This document shows positions 51,369-64,000 of a stretch of DNA of 64,000 nt, piece after piece; position 1 is the first letter of the stretch, and every line of letters starts with the position of its first letter. The notes below the pieces were generated by a model. The model saw only the letters and a list, made by a program, of their open reading frames with translations, had not been told where the DNA came from and did not search any database. The position numbers and the translations under genes were made by a program. The DNA lies in NCBI GenBank assembly GCA_963787965.1, contig CAWBES010000013.1:2338-66337 (forward strand), given 5' to 3'. The DNA is from an uncultured Alphaproteobacteria bacterium. GTDB taxonomy: Bacteria > Vulcanimicrobiota > Vulcanimicrobiia > Vulcanimicrobiales > Vulcanimicrobiaceae.

Positions 51369-51857
51369 GTGCGCAGTGACGAGCGAGTTCGACCGGTAAG
51401 CGGTCCGGCGCGGCCGGGCTGGGACGAATACTTCATGGAGGTGGCTCGCACGGTCGCGACCCGCGCGACCTGTCCGCGCGCCAGCGTGGGCGCGGTGCTC
51501 GTGCGGGAGAACCGCATCCTCACGACCGGCTACAACGGCGCGCCGCGGCACGTGCCGCACTGCTCGGAGGTGGGCTGCGAGATGGTCGGCGGCCACTGCG
51601 TCCGCTCGACTCACGCGGAGGCCAACGCCGTCGTCCAGGGCGCGCTGCACGGCGTGGGCCTGGAAGGCGCCACCGCGTACTGCACGCACCAGCCGTGCGT
51701 GCACTGCGCGAAGCTCCTGATCAGCGCCGGCGTCGCCCGGATCGTGTACGGCGATGCCTATCCCGACCCGTTCGCGCAGCGGCTGCTGGCCGAGGCCGGC
51801 GTCGTGCTGGTCAGTTTCGCGACCCTCGAACGGGCGGTGCCGGGAGGCCGCCCGTGA
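51369..51857 (+). CDS. dCMP deaminase (ComEB-type zinc deaminase)
   Basis: WDEYFMEVARTVATRATC, VGAVLV, TGYNG, HAEANA and the C..C zinc ligand PCVHCAKLL are present. GTG 51369 is chosen as the start. Confidence 0.8.
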   Translation: MRSDERVRPVSGPARPGWDEYFMEVARTVATRATCPRASVGAVLVRENRILTTGYNGAPRHVPHCSEVGCEMVGGHCVRSTHAEANAVVQGALHGVGLEGATAYCTHQPCVHCAKLLISAGVARIVYGDAYPDPFAQRLLAEAGVVLVSFATLERAVPGGRP

Positions 51858-52858
51858 ACCTGCAGGGCCTCTTCCTGCTCTCGCTCGCGACCGCGTTCCT
51901 GACGTCGCTCGCGGCGACCCCGCAGGTGCGCCGGCTGGCGCTGCGCGTCGGCGTGCTCGACGCGGTCGGCGACCGGCGCATGCACACCGAACCCAAGCCG
52001 CGCATCGGCGGCATCGCGGTCTACCTGGGCATCGCCTTCGCGCTGTTCGTCTCGATCGGGTTCGCGCTGCACACGACCCTGTTCCACAGCGCCAACGACA
52101 CTCAGGATTTCTTCGGCCTGCTCTTCGGGGGCACGCTGATCATGCTGGTCGGCGTCTGGGACGACGTCATGGGCATGCGGCCGCGCAACAAGTTCCTCGC
52201 GCAGATCATCGTGGCCGTGATCTCGATGATCTACGGGTTCCACATCCCCGGCTTCCAGCTCCCGGGCCAGCAGTACGTCAACCTGCCGCCGTGGGTCGAC
52301 TATCCGCTGACGCTGGTCTGGTACCTGGGCATGATGAACGCGATCAACTTCCTCGACGGTCTGGACGGTTTGCTCGCCGGGGTCACGGCCATTTCCGGCC
52401 TGTTCCTGTTCGCGATCGCGTCCGCCCACGGCCACGTCGGCGCGGCGCTGGTCCTGTGCGCGCTGGTGGGCGGCGCGCTCGGCTTCCTCCCGTACAACTT
52501 CAATCCGGCCAAGATCTTCTTGGGCGATACGGGCTCGCTCTTGATCGGGTACGTGTTCGCGACCGTCTCGCTGCTGATCACCGCCAAGATCGCGGTAACG
52601 GTCAGTTTGCTCGTGCCCTTGGTCGCGCTGGCCCTACCCGTCGTCGACACGGCCGCCGCCATCTTCCGCCGCTTCCGGGCCGGGAAGGCCATCACGGAGG
52701 CCGACCGCGGCCACTTCCATCACGTGCTGGTCTTCCGGTTCGGCCTCAACGTGAAGCAGGCGGTCCTGCTGATCTACTTCGTGTGCTTCGTCCTGGGGGC
52801 CGTCGCCTACGTGCTGTCCGGGAGCGCGCCGGGCCGGCTCCACCCCGGGCTGATCTAG
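51854..52858 (+). CDS. wecA: Undecaprenyl-phosphate N-acetylhexosamine-1-phosphate transferase (WecA/MraY family, GT4)
   Basis: There is a GTGA overlap. GVWDDV, NAINFLDGLDGL and FLGDTGSLLIGY are present. Confidence 0.8.
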   Translation: MNLQGLFLLSLATAFLTSLAATPQVRRLALRVGVLDAVGDRRMHTEPKPRIGGIAVYLGIAFALFVSIGFALHTTLFHSANDTQDFFGLLFGGTLIMLVGVWDDVMGMRPRNKFLAQIIVAVISMIYGFHIPGFQLPGQQYVNLPPWVDYPLTLVWYLGMMNAINFLDGLDGLLAGVTAISGLFLFAIASAHGHVGAALVLCALVGGALGFLPYNFNPAKIFLGDTGSLLIGYVFATVSLLITAKIAVTVSLLVPLVALALPVVDTAAAIFRRFRAGKAITEADRGHFHHVLVFRFGLNVKQAVLLIYFVCFVLGAVAYVLSGSAPGRLHPGLI

Positions 52859-52865
52859 AGTCCCG

Positions 52866-54026
52866 ATGAACGCTCCGCTACGCGTCATGAGCGTGTTCGG
52901 CACGCGCCCGGACACGATCAAGATGGCCCCGGTCGTACGGGCGCTGGCCGGCTCGCGGCCCGTGGTCGAACCGATCGTTTGCGTGTCGGCCCAGCACCGC
53001 GAGATGCTCGACGACCTGCTCGCGCTCTTCGAGATCGTGCCCGACTACGATCTCGACGTGATGCGGCACGACCAGACGATCACCGAGATCACGACTCGCG
53101 TGCTCGCCGGCATGGAACCCGTGCTGCGCGACGCGCGGCCCGACGTCGTCCTGGTTCACGGCGACACCTCGACCAGCACGGCGGCCGCTCTGGCGGCCTT
53201 TTACGCGAAGGTGCCGGTCGGCCACGTCGAGGCGGGGCTGCGCACCTCCACGATATGGGAGCCCTTTCCGGAGGAGATGAACCGGCGCTTGACCGGCCGC
53301 CTGGCTTCCTACCACTTCGCGCCGACCGCCCGGGCACGGGCGAACCTCGAACGCGAGAACGTGTCGCCGCAGGACATCGTCGTCACCGGCAATACCGTAA
53401 TCGACGCTTTCCTCGCGGTGGCGGCGCAGGCCGGACCGGCCGTGGAGCCGGCCTGGGAGGGGCTGGACCCGGCCCGTCCATGGATCTTCGTCACCGCCCA
53501 CCGCCGCGAGAACCACGACAAGATGCGCGAGATCTGCGAAGCGCTGGCCGAGGTCGCGGCCTTTCCGCAGCGCCCCCAGATCCTGTGGCCCGTCCACCCG
53601 TCGCCCCGGGTCGCGCCGGTCGCGCACGAGGTGCTCGACGGCGTGCCCGGCGTCAAGCTGGTCGCTCCGCTTTCCTACGACGCGACCGTCCGTTCGATCA
53701 AGCGTTCGACCCTGGTCCTGACCGACAGCGGCGGCCTCCAAGAAGAGGCGCCGTGCCTCGGCAAGCCGGTACTGGTCATGCGCGACGAGACCGAGCGCCC
53801 CGAGGGCATCGAGGCCGGTACCCTGGAACTCGTCGGCCCGCACCGCGCGGCGATCGTGGCTGCGACCCGGCACCTCCTGGAGGACGAGGTCGCCTACGCG
53901 CGGATGTCGCGGGCGAACAACCCATACGGCGACGGCCGGGCGGCGGAACGGATCGTGACCTGGCTGCTGGCCCGTTTGCGGGGGGGTACCTACCCGGCCG
54001 CCTTCGTCGCCGGCTCCCTCCGCTAG
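52866..54026 (+). CDS. wecB: UDP-N-acetylglucosamine 2-epimerase (non-hydrolysing)
   Basis: VFGTRPDTIKMAPV, LVHGDTSTS, HVEAGLRT and SDSGGLQEEAP are present. Confidence 0.9.
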   Translation: MNAPLRVMSVFGTRPDTIKMAPVVRALAGSRPVVEPIVCVSAQHREMLDDLLALFEIVPDYDLDVMRHDQTITEITTRVLAGMEPVLRDARPDVVLVHGDTSTSTAAALAAFYAKVPVGHVEAGLRTSTIWEPFPEEMNRRLTGRLASYHFAPTARARANLERENVSPQDIVVTGNTVIDAFLAVAAQAGPAVEPAWEGLDPARPWIFVTAHRRENHDKMREICEALAEVAAFPQRPQILWPVHPSPRVAPVAHEVLDGVPGVKLVAPLSYDATVRSIKRSTLVLTDSGGLQEEAPCLGKPVLVMRDETERPEGIEAGTLELVGPHRAAIVAATRHLLEDEVAYARMSRANNPYGDGRAAERIVTWLLARLRGGTYPAAFVAGSLR

Positions 54027-54106
54027 GGTCCGGCGGGCTCCTCGACCGCCCGGCGCAGCGTCGCAGGCAGGGTTCGCGCCGGAGGTTCCCCAATTGGGAA
54101 GCCGCC

Positions 54107-54481
54107 GTGTCAGAGGCCGATTTGCGTGCTTATCATGACCGCAAGCGTCCGATGGCGGTTTGGTCCTTAGCGTTTGCCGTCCTTGCGGGGCTTGCCATCT
54201 GGGGGAAGTCTCCCATCGCGGCGGCCGCCCTGGTGTCGGGCACCGGATGCGGTCTCGCAAATGCGTTTCTCACGATGCGTGGAAACGAACGGCTTATCGA
54301 CCACCGAAGCGTCTGGGCGTTCGTCTTAAGCAGTACCCTGCGCATAGGTGTCTTCGGTATAGTTCCGGTGGAGTTTGCGCAGCATGGCCCCTGGTGGTCC
54401 ATGGCGACTTACTTCGTCGGGTTCTTTACGCCACTGGCGCTTTACGCGGCTATTGTTGCCCGCGCCGTTCGGACGGGATGA
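54107..54481 (+). CDS. atpI: ATP synthase protein I-like small membrane protein
   Basis: The 124-aa protein has hydrophobic segments and lies immediately upstream of atpB, which it overlaps. The start (GTG 54107 or ATG 54152) is uncertain. Confidence 0.5.
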   Translation: MSEADLRAYHDRKRPMAVWSLAFAVLAGLAIWGKSPIAAAALVSGTGCGLANAFLTMRGNERLIDHRSVWAFVLSSTLRIGVFGIVPVEFAQHGPWWSMATYFVGFFTPLALYAAIVARAVRTG

Positions 54482-54482
54482 C

Positions 54483-55211
54483 GTGAAAGAGGGAATCGGC
54501 ACACATAGCCTGTGGACGCTGCCCGTGCTCGGCACGGTGCACAGCGACACCGTCTATACGACCTGGCTCGCCATGGCCGTCGCGTTGCTGCTCCTGGCTT
54601 GGGTCGGCCGCAGCTACCGTTCGCCGCGGGCCGGCAAGACCCAGACCGTCTTCGAAGGCATTATCGACTACATCGCGGACATGGTGTACGGCTCGCTCGG
54701 CAGGAGCGGCGAACCCTTCGTCCCGTTCTTCGTCTCGCTGTTCATCTTCATTTTCTTGCTCAACCAGTTCGGCGTCTTCCCGTTCAAACAGCTGGGCCTG
54801 CCCTTCGGCGGAGCGCCGACGGCCGACCTCAACACGACGGTCGCCTACGCGTTGATCGTGTTCTTCCTCATTCAGATCACGGCGGTCCGCAAGCGCGGGC
54901 TGGGCGCCTACGCGCATATCTTCAAGCCCTGGTTCCTGACGCCGATCAACCTGCTCGAGGAACTCGTCCGCCCGGTCACCCTGGCGGCGCGCCTGTTCTT
55001 CAACATCTTCGTCGGCGAACTGCTCTTTATTATTATCGCCTCGATCGTGACCGCGAAGGTGATGATCGGGTCGTTCAACCTGTCGCTTGCGGTCAGCATC
55101 CTCCCGTTTTTCATTCAATTCTTCAATTTCTTCGTGGGCACGGTCCAGGCGTTCGTGTTCACGCTGCTCGGCATCGTCTACTTGTCCTTGGCGACGGCCG
55201 AGGATCACTGA
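54483..55211 (+). CDS. atpB: F0 ATP synthase subunit a
   Basis: VRPVTLAARLFFNIFVGELL (essential Arg helix) is present, with GTG 54483 as the start. Confidence 0.9.
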   Translation: MKEGIGTHSLWTLPVLGTVHSDTVYTTWLAMAVALLLLAWVGRSYRSPRAGKTQTVFEGIIDYIADMVYGSLGRSGEPFVPFFVSLFIFIFLLNQFGVFPFKQLGLPFGGAPTADLNTTVAYALIVFFLIQITAVRKRGLGAYAHIFKPWFLTPINLLEELVRPVTLAARLFFNIFVGELLFIIIASIVTAKVMIGSFNLSLAVSILPFFIQFFNFFVGTVQAFVFTLLGIVYLSLATAEDH

Positions 55212-55225
55212 GAAAGGTACCCATT

Positions 55226-55504
55226 GTGACTTCTGAGAGCTTAGTTGCCGCCGCGACCATCCTCGCGTTCGGGTTGATCGTGCTCGGCGTTGCGCTCGGA
55301 TCGGCGATCGGCGACGGCGTCGTCGCCTCGAAGGCGGTCGAGGCGATCGCGCGCCAACCGGAAGCGCGGCCAAACATCTTTACGTTCCTGTTCCTGGGCG
55401 TCGGCGTCTTGGAAGCGTTCCCGATCATCGCGCTCGGGCTCGCGTTCTATCTGCTGCTCGTCGTCGCGAACGTTCCGGGTCTCCTGACGCACCTCTCGAA
55501 GTAG
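55226..55504 (+). CDS. atpE: F0 ATP synthase subunit c
   Basis: GSAIGDG, AIARQPEA and the ion-binding Glu in GVGVLEAFPII are present. It carries a roughly 15-aa C-terminal extension. Confidence 0.85.
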   Translation: MTSESLVAAATILAFGLIVLGVALGSAIGDGVVASKAVEAIARQPEARPNIFTFLFLGVGVLEAFPIIALGLAFYLLLVVANVPGLLTHLSK

Positions 55505-55513
55505 CCCTGGCCG

Positions 55514-55942
55514 ATGTTTCTTTCGCTCGACGGGACGTTCTGGTTCCAGCTGTTTAACTTCGCGGTGTTCTACGCGATCCTCAACGTCGTGTTCTTGCGT
55601 CCCGTCGGCAACGCGATCAAGGAGCGGCGAGCCCACATCGACGGCGTACACAGCGATTGCGACCGGTACGAGCACCAGTTTTCGAGCCTGACGTCCAAAG
55701 CCGACCAAAAGCGCGCCGCGGCGCGGCGCGAAGCCGACGAGACGATCGCGCGGGCGCGCGCCGAAGCGGACCGGGAGGCCGAGACGATCGCGCAAGAGCA
55801 AGGCGCGGCCGCGGAGGCGCTGGCGCTGGAAGCGCGCGAGATCGTCGAGGCCGAAATCGCAACGGCCAAGACCCGCGAGAGCGAACTCTCGCAGGCCCTG
55901 GCGCGGACCCTGCTCGAGCGCGCCGTGGGAAACGCGTCGTGA
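55514..55942 (+). CDS. F0 ATP synthase subunit b/b' (first copy)
   Basis: There is one N-terminal TM (FWFQLFNFAVFYAILNVVFL) and a long charged helix. Its operon position supports the call. Confidence 0.75.
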   Translation: MFLSLDGTFWFQLFNFAVFYAILNVVFLRPVGNAIKERRAHIDGVHSDCDRYEHQFSSLTSKADQKRAAARREADETIARARAEADREAETIAQEQGAAAEALALEAREIVEAEIATAKTRESELSQALARTLLERAVGNAS

Positions 55943-56436
55943 ACGACTCCTTTTACGAACACGTCGCGGTCTGGAGCCAAGTCGTCGCGTCGGCGCTCTT
56001 CATCGTCGCGCTCGTGTACGGCTGGATCCGCTTCCTCAGCCCCGCCGTCGCCAAGTCGGCGGAACGCAAGAATGCCGAGCTGCTCGAGGCCGAACAGCGC
56101 CGGGACGCCGCCAAGGAGCGGGTCGAGGTCGCGCAGCGCGATCTCGAGCGCGCCGCCGAAGACGTCCGCGCGATTACGGCGCGCGCCAACCGCGACGCCA
56201 ACGAGTTGCGCGCGCGCATCATTTCCGAAGCCCATGCGGAGGGCAAGCGCACCGTGAGGAACGCCGAGGGAGAACTCGAGCGCTCGCGCGCGGCGGCTCG
56301 CGAACAGTTTCGGGCCGACTTGCTGGAGCGCGCGATGGCGATCGCCCGCGACGCCGCGAGCCGCCTCGACGACGAAACCAACCGCCGCCTGGTCGCCGAA
56401 GCGGTCGCGGGCGCGGAGCGCGGGGCCGGCAACTGA
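55939..56436 (+). CDS. atpF: F0 ATP synthase subunit b (second copy)
   Basis: There is a GTGA overlap, an N-terminal TM and an Ala/Arg/Glu-rich coiled helix. Confidence 0.75.
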   Translation: MNDSFYEHVAVWSQVVASALFIVALVYGWIRFLSPAVAKSAERKNAELLEAEQRRDAAKERVEVAQRDLERAAEDVRAITARANRDANELRARIISEAHAEGKRTVRNAEGELERSRAAAREQFRADLLERAMAIARDAASRLDDETNRRLVAEAVAGAERGAGN

Positions 56437-56978
56437 TGGTCAACGAAACGGTGGCGCGCCGCTACGCGGTCGCGATCTTCAACCTCGCGAGCGGCGGCGG
56501 CACGACCGAAGCGGTCGGCCGGGACCTCAAAGCCGCCGTGGACGCAATCTACAGCAACGACGACGTGCGCCGCTTCTACCTGTCGCCCGTCTTCCAGCGG
56601 TCCAAGAAAGAAGAGCTGCTGGCCGGCGCGTTTGCCGGCCGACTTTCCACGATCGCGCTGCACTCGCTGCTGCTGCTCGTCCGCAAGCGCCGCGAGGCCT
56701 TGCTTCCCGCGATTTCGCAGGAATTCGATAAGCTGGCGCAAGCGGCGGCCGGGAAGGAGCCGCTCGAGATCGTCAGCGCTCGCGAACTCGGCCCGAACGA
56801 GCTCGACGACATCGTGGCGCGGCTGTCCCGCGTCTACGGCAAGTCGTTCGACGTCACGCAACGAATCGATGCGAGGCTGCTCGGCGGCGTCCGCATCACG
56901 ATGGGCGACCGCCGTATCGACGGCTCGCTTGCCGGGCGCCTCGACGACATCTCGCGCCAGCTCTTCGCCCGCAATTGA
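56436..56978 (+). CDS. atpH: F1 ATP synthase subunit delta (OSCP)
   Basis: VARRYAVAIFNLA and the C-terminal LGGVRITMGDRRIDGSLAGRL are present. There is a TGATG overlap. Confidence 0.85.
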   Translation: MVNETVARRYAVAIFNLASGGGTTEAVGRDLKAAVDAIYSNDDVRRFYLSPVFQRSKKEELLAGAFAGRLSTIALHSLLLLVRKRREALLPAISQEFDKLAQAAAGKEPLEIVSARELGPNELDDIVARLSRVYGKSFDVTQRIDARLLGGVRITMGDRRIDGSLAGRLDDISRQLFARN

Positions 56979-57002
56979 CACGAACCCGAAGAAAGTACCA
57001 CT

Positions 57003-58502
<1,500 letters not shown>

Positions 58503-58511
58503 TGGTGATGT

Positions 58512-60885
<2,374 letters not shown>

Positions 60886-60886
<1 letters not shown>

Positions 60887-61299
60887 TGGCCAACACGATC
60901 CCGTTCCGGCTGGTCACCCCGGTCGCGGTCGCGTTCGACGGCGAGGCGGAACTCGTCATCGCGGTCGGGACGGAAGGCGAAGAAGGCATCTTGCCCTCCC
61001 ACGCGCCGTTCTTGACGGCGCTGCGGCCGGGCATCCTGCGCGCCAACGTGGTCGTCGACGGTGAGAGCAAGCGGCTCGAATTCGCGACCAGCGACGGCTT
61101 CCTGCAAGCGTTGCCCGACCGCGTGACCGTCATCGTCGACGCCGCGCTGACGCGCGACCAGATCGACCGCGACGCGGCTCACGCGGACCTCGAAGCCGCG
61201 ACGGAGCGGCGCGCGCAATTCGCGCCGCAGACCCCGGACTACGAGCGCGAACAGGCCGCCGTCGATTTCGCCAACGCGAGGTTAGTCCTCACGGGTTAG
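60886..61299 (+). CDS. atpC: F1 ATP synthase subunit epsilon
   Basis: There is a TAATG overlap. FRLVTP......GE and IL..HAP.L..L.PG are present. Confidence 0.9.
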
Positions 61300-61415
61300 G
61301 TTAGAGGCGAAAGTCCCACTGGGCCGGCGGGGTCGATCTTTCACGAGCGGGAACGGTTTGGAGATACCTGTCACTCCGTCACCCGTGCCACTCCAATCAT
61401 CGGATCGGAGGGATC

Positions 61416-62957
61416 GTGCCTCAGTTCGGTCGCAGTCCTTTGGTTCTCAGCGCAGCTGCGCTGTGCGTCGGTCTGTTCGCGGTTGCATTCCCGGCCGCGA
61501 GTTCCGCTGCCGGCGTGCCCGGAAGAGCGGCCGTGCGCATCGCAGCCGCTCCGCCTTCGAGCGCGACGTTGCCGGCAGCGTCGGGCTCCGACACGATCGA
61601 TCAGTGTCTCGCGCCGCCGGCGCTGGGCTGCGGCACGCAACTGCAGAAGATCCTCTTCACGGTCACGGTCCCGAGCGCGCCCACCGGCATCACGGTTACG
61701 TACTTCGACAGCAATCTCCCGAAGGGGGTCACGGCCTCGTTCGCTCCCAATCCCGTGAAAACGTATCCGTACAAATCGGTCGAGACGCTCAAGATCGCGG
61801 GCGACGCTCGCATCACCGATCAGGATACGGAAACGGTCGGTGCCGACTGCGGACCTACGTTCGTCTGCTTGGAAGCCCAAGCGCAGTTCGAGGTGATGTG
61901 CAGCTTGTCCGCGCACCACTGCCCGCAGTTGCAGCTGACCGACGCCAATCAGAAGTCCGGCGTCGTTAGCGGCAATCCGCCGAACCCGCCGCCGAAGACC
62001 ACGAGCGTCGTCGGATACCAGGCCGACGTAACCGTCAAATATCAGAAGGGCACGGGCCAACCCGGTACGAGCTACTCCGAGCCGACGGGCCTGCTCTGGA
62101 AAGTGCCGGGCAACCCGATCGCCGGCTACGCGCACGACGGCAAGCCGCCCCAGCCGTTCGACGCGTCCTCGCTGACGTCGAATGAAGTGAAATGGTACTA
62201 CTACACGGGCGGGGAGCAGAAGCCCAGCGTGACTGGGACGCTGACGCGCACCGACAACCAGGAGATCGCGGTTCCGGAAGCGCTGGCCGACTACGACGTG
62301 AAAGTTCCGGCCAACCAAGGCTTTACGCAGACGACGGGCGCCTTTCTCGGCGGCGGCGGTAAAGGCACCACGTATTGGACGCTCGGTTTCAGGGGGTTGA
62401 GCCCCTCGAGTAAGGGCATCACGTTCCGCTTCATCGATACCGACGTTCCGGGCTTTCCGGGCGACGTTTTCGGTACCCAACTCATCGATTACGCGTACAA
62501 CGTGAACGGAAAGCTGCAACCGTTGACCGGTGGTGCGTTCTGGCTCGACAACAACCAGTTTTATCCGGAACTGGGCGGCAGCGGACCCAACGACTATCAG
62601 TCGGCCGACTCGCCCAACGTCGAGCTCGATCCCGGCTGTACGAACGAAGGCCTGATCGGGTCCTTCAAGATGTACTTCATGTTCAAACCGAACGTGCACG
62701 GCATCTGGGTCACGCTCGCGAAGGTCGACTGGTTTTTCCAAGCGGGCGCGCATCACACCAAGAATACCCCGCAGACCTGGTGTCTCAACGGTAACGGATC
62801 GTGTCCGCCGACCGTCCCCGCGGCGTGGTCCGCCGACCCGGCGGTCAACCCGTCCACCGAGTTTCCGTTGTGGGCGGCCGTCTTCAAGAACCCCACCTCG
62901 TTCTCGCCGTGCACCAAGGCCGCCTTGGGCGCCGCGACCTTTTCGCGAGCGCGCTGA
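61416..62957 (+). CDS. Hypothetical secreted Cys-rich protein (513 aa)
   Basis: GGAGGG lies before GTG 61416, and a signal peptide ends in ASSAAG. The composition is Gly/Thr/Pro/Asn-rich and beta-type with about 12 Cys. I recognise no family motif. Confidence 0.6.
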   Translation: MPQFGRSPLVLSAAALCVGLFAVAFPAASSAAGVPGRAAVRIAAAPPSSATLPAASGSDTIDQCLAPPALGCGTQLQKILFTVTVPSAPTGITVTYFDSNLPKGVTASFAPNPVKTYPYKSVETLKIAGDARITDQDTETVGADCGPTFVCLEAQAQFEVMCSLSAHHCPQLQLTDANQKSGVVSGNPPNPPPKTTSVVGYQADVTVKYQKGTGQPGTSYSEPTGLLWKVPGNPIAGYAHDGKPPQPFDASSLTSNEVKWYYYTGGEQKPSVTGTLTRTDNQEIAVPEALADYDVKVPANQGFTQTTGAFLGGGGKGTTYWTLGFRGLSPSSKGITFRFIDTDVPGFPGDVFGTQLIDYAYNVNGKLQPLTGGAFWLDNNQFYPELGGSGPNDYQSADSPNVELDPGCTNEGLIGSFKMYFMFKPNVHGIWVTLAKVDWFFQAGAHHTKNTPQTWCLNGNGSCPPTVPAAWSADPAVNPSTEFPLWAAVFKNPTSFSPCTKAALGAATFSRAR

Positions 62958-63053
62958 CGGCTATTCGAATCGTCGAGGCGCGGCTACCAGAAGCGACCGG
63001 AGACGTAGTGCTAGACCTTTCGGCAATCTTCGACACCGAGCTCTGAGGTGCGA

Positions 63054-63074
63054 CGCGGCCGCCCGTCGGCCGCG
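63054..63074 (+). terminator. GC hairpin downstream of the 513-aa gene
   Basis: CGCGGCCG (63054-61) pairs with CGGCCGCG (63067-74) as 8 bp with a 5-nt loop. There is no U tract. Confidence 0.25.
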
Positions 63075-63117
63075 CGGGGGTCGGAACGGCGCGGATTGCG
63101 AAGTTTCCGATCGAATC

Positions 63118-64000
63118 ATGAACGTGCTCGATCGACTCGAAACGACTTTGCGCGTCCAAGGGGGCATTGGACTCGAGGGATCCGTCGAAACGCACGGCGC
63201 GAAGAACGCGGCGCTGCCGATCATGGCCGCCGCTTTGCTCGCGAAGACCCCGGTCACGCTGCACCGCGTCCCGCGCATCACCGACGTCTCGGTCATGTGG
63301 CAGTTGCTCGAGGCGCTCGGGGCGCGCTTGCGGTCCGAAGGCAAGGGCACGGTCACGATCGATGCGAGCGACATCGTCACCCACCGCGCGCCCTACACGC
63401 TCGTGCGCAAACTCGCCGCCTCGTTCGATCTGGTCGGGCCGCTGCTGGGCCGTTTCGGGCGGGCGGAAGTGCCGCTGCCGGGCGGTTGCCTGCTTGGTAC
63501 CCGGGCCACGGACATGCACGAGCAGGCCTTTCGGGCGCTGGGTGCCGAGGTCTCCAACCAGCACGGCTACCTGATCGCCCAGGCCGCCAAGAGCCGGCTC
63601 GTCGGCGGCCACGTCCACTTCCGCCAGCCGAGCGTCGGTGCGACCAAGAACGGGATGCTGGCGGCGGTCCTAGCCGAGGGCACGACGACGTTGCGCAACG
63701 TCGCGATGGAGCCCGAGGTCGTCGACCTCGCCGACTTCCTCGTCGCGATGGGCGCGAAGATCCAGGGGCAGGGGAGCGACACCATCGTCATCGAGGGCGT
63801 CCGCGAGCTGCACGGGGTCGAATACGAGGTCATTCCGGATCGCATCGTGACGGGTACGCTGCTGCTGGCGGGTTGCGCGACGCGGGGCGACGTGACCGTG
63901 CAGCGCTGCGCGCCCGCCCACCTGGCGATCCTGATCTCGAAGGTCGAGGAGTGCGGCGCCAAAGTGACGACCGGCGTGGATTGGATTCGCGTGGTCGCCG
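63118..64000 (+). CDS. murA: UDP-N-acetylglucosamine 1-carboxyvinyltransferase (5' part; runs off the window)
   Basis: It is not in the ORF track because no stop falls in the window. ATG 63118 opens MNVLDRLE..V.GG..L.G.V...GAKNAALPIMAAALLA. KLAASFDL.GPLL and the active-site LPGGCLLGTRATDMH are present. Confidence 0.9.
   Translation, partial: MNVLDRLETTLRVQGGIGLEGSVETHGAKNAALPIMAAALLAKTPVTLHRVPRITDVSVMWQLLEALGARLRSEGKGTVTIDASDIVTHRAPYTLVRKLAASFDLVGPLLGRFGRAEVPLPGGCLLGTRATDMHEQAFRALGAEVSNQHGYLIAQAAKSRLVGGHVHFRQPSVGATKNGMLAAVLAEGTTTLRNVAMEPEVVDLADFLVAMGAKIQGQGSDTIVIEGVRELHGVEYEVIPDRIVTGTLLLAGCATRGDVTVQRCAPAHLAILISKVEECGAKVTTGVDWIRVVA

Overview
This is a very GC-rich, gene-dense bacterial chromosomal window with about 63 protein-coding genes. 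Many genes are joined by 4-nt ATGA/GTGA/TTGA start-stop overlaps, and GTG/TTG starts are frequent.

Core content:
- fabF-rnc-smc-purH.
- hisS and aspS bracket a block of accB, the ADP-heptose genes (gmhA-gmhB-hldA-hldC), an LpxB-like gene and three GT2 plus three GT9 glycosyltransferases. This implies a diderm host that makes heptosylated LPS.
- Photolyase, glyA and dCMP deaminase-wecA-wecB.
- A complete F1Fo ATP synthase operon (atpI-B-E-b'-b-H-A-G-D-C) and the 5' part of murA.

Accessory or unusual content:
1. A canonical fluoride riboswitch sits in front of a CPA2 cation:proton antiporter, flanked on its 5' side by three DUF190 (PII-like) paralogs, with no Fluc/CLC-F gene in view. This is my best candidate for an undescribed system.
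2. A Csu/sigma-type chaperone-usher pilus operon.
3. An operon of DUF1611 (DgcN-like), an epimerase, an orphan peptide-binding protein, a C39-like peptidase and a DUF333 protein.
4. A solitary HNH nuclease with an unassigned N-terminal domain.
5. An outer-membrane-type protein with a copper-amine-oxidase-N-like domain, a Pro/Thr linker and a beta-rich C-terminus.
6. A 0.77-kb stretch of frame-broken coding signal.
7. A structured 209-nt convergent spacer.

I recognised no rRNA, tRNA, CRISPR array, transposase or integrase. The very long ORFs antisense to real genes in the ORF track are GC3 artefacts. All family assignments come from reading motifs by eye; no searches were run.
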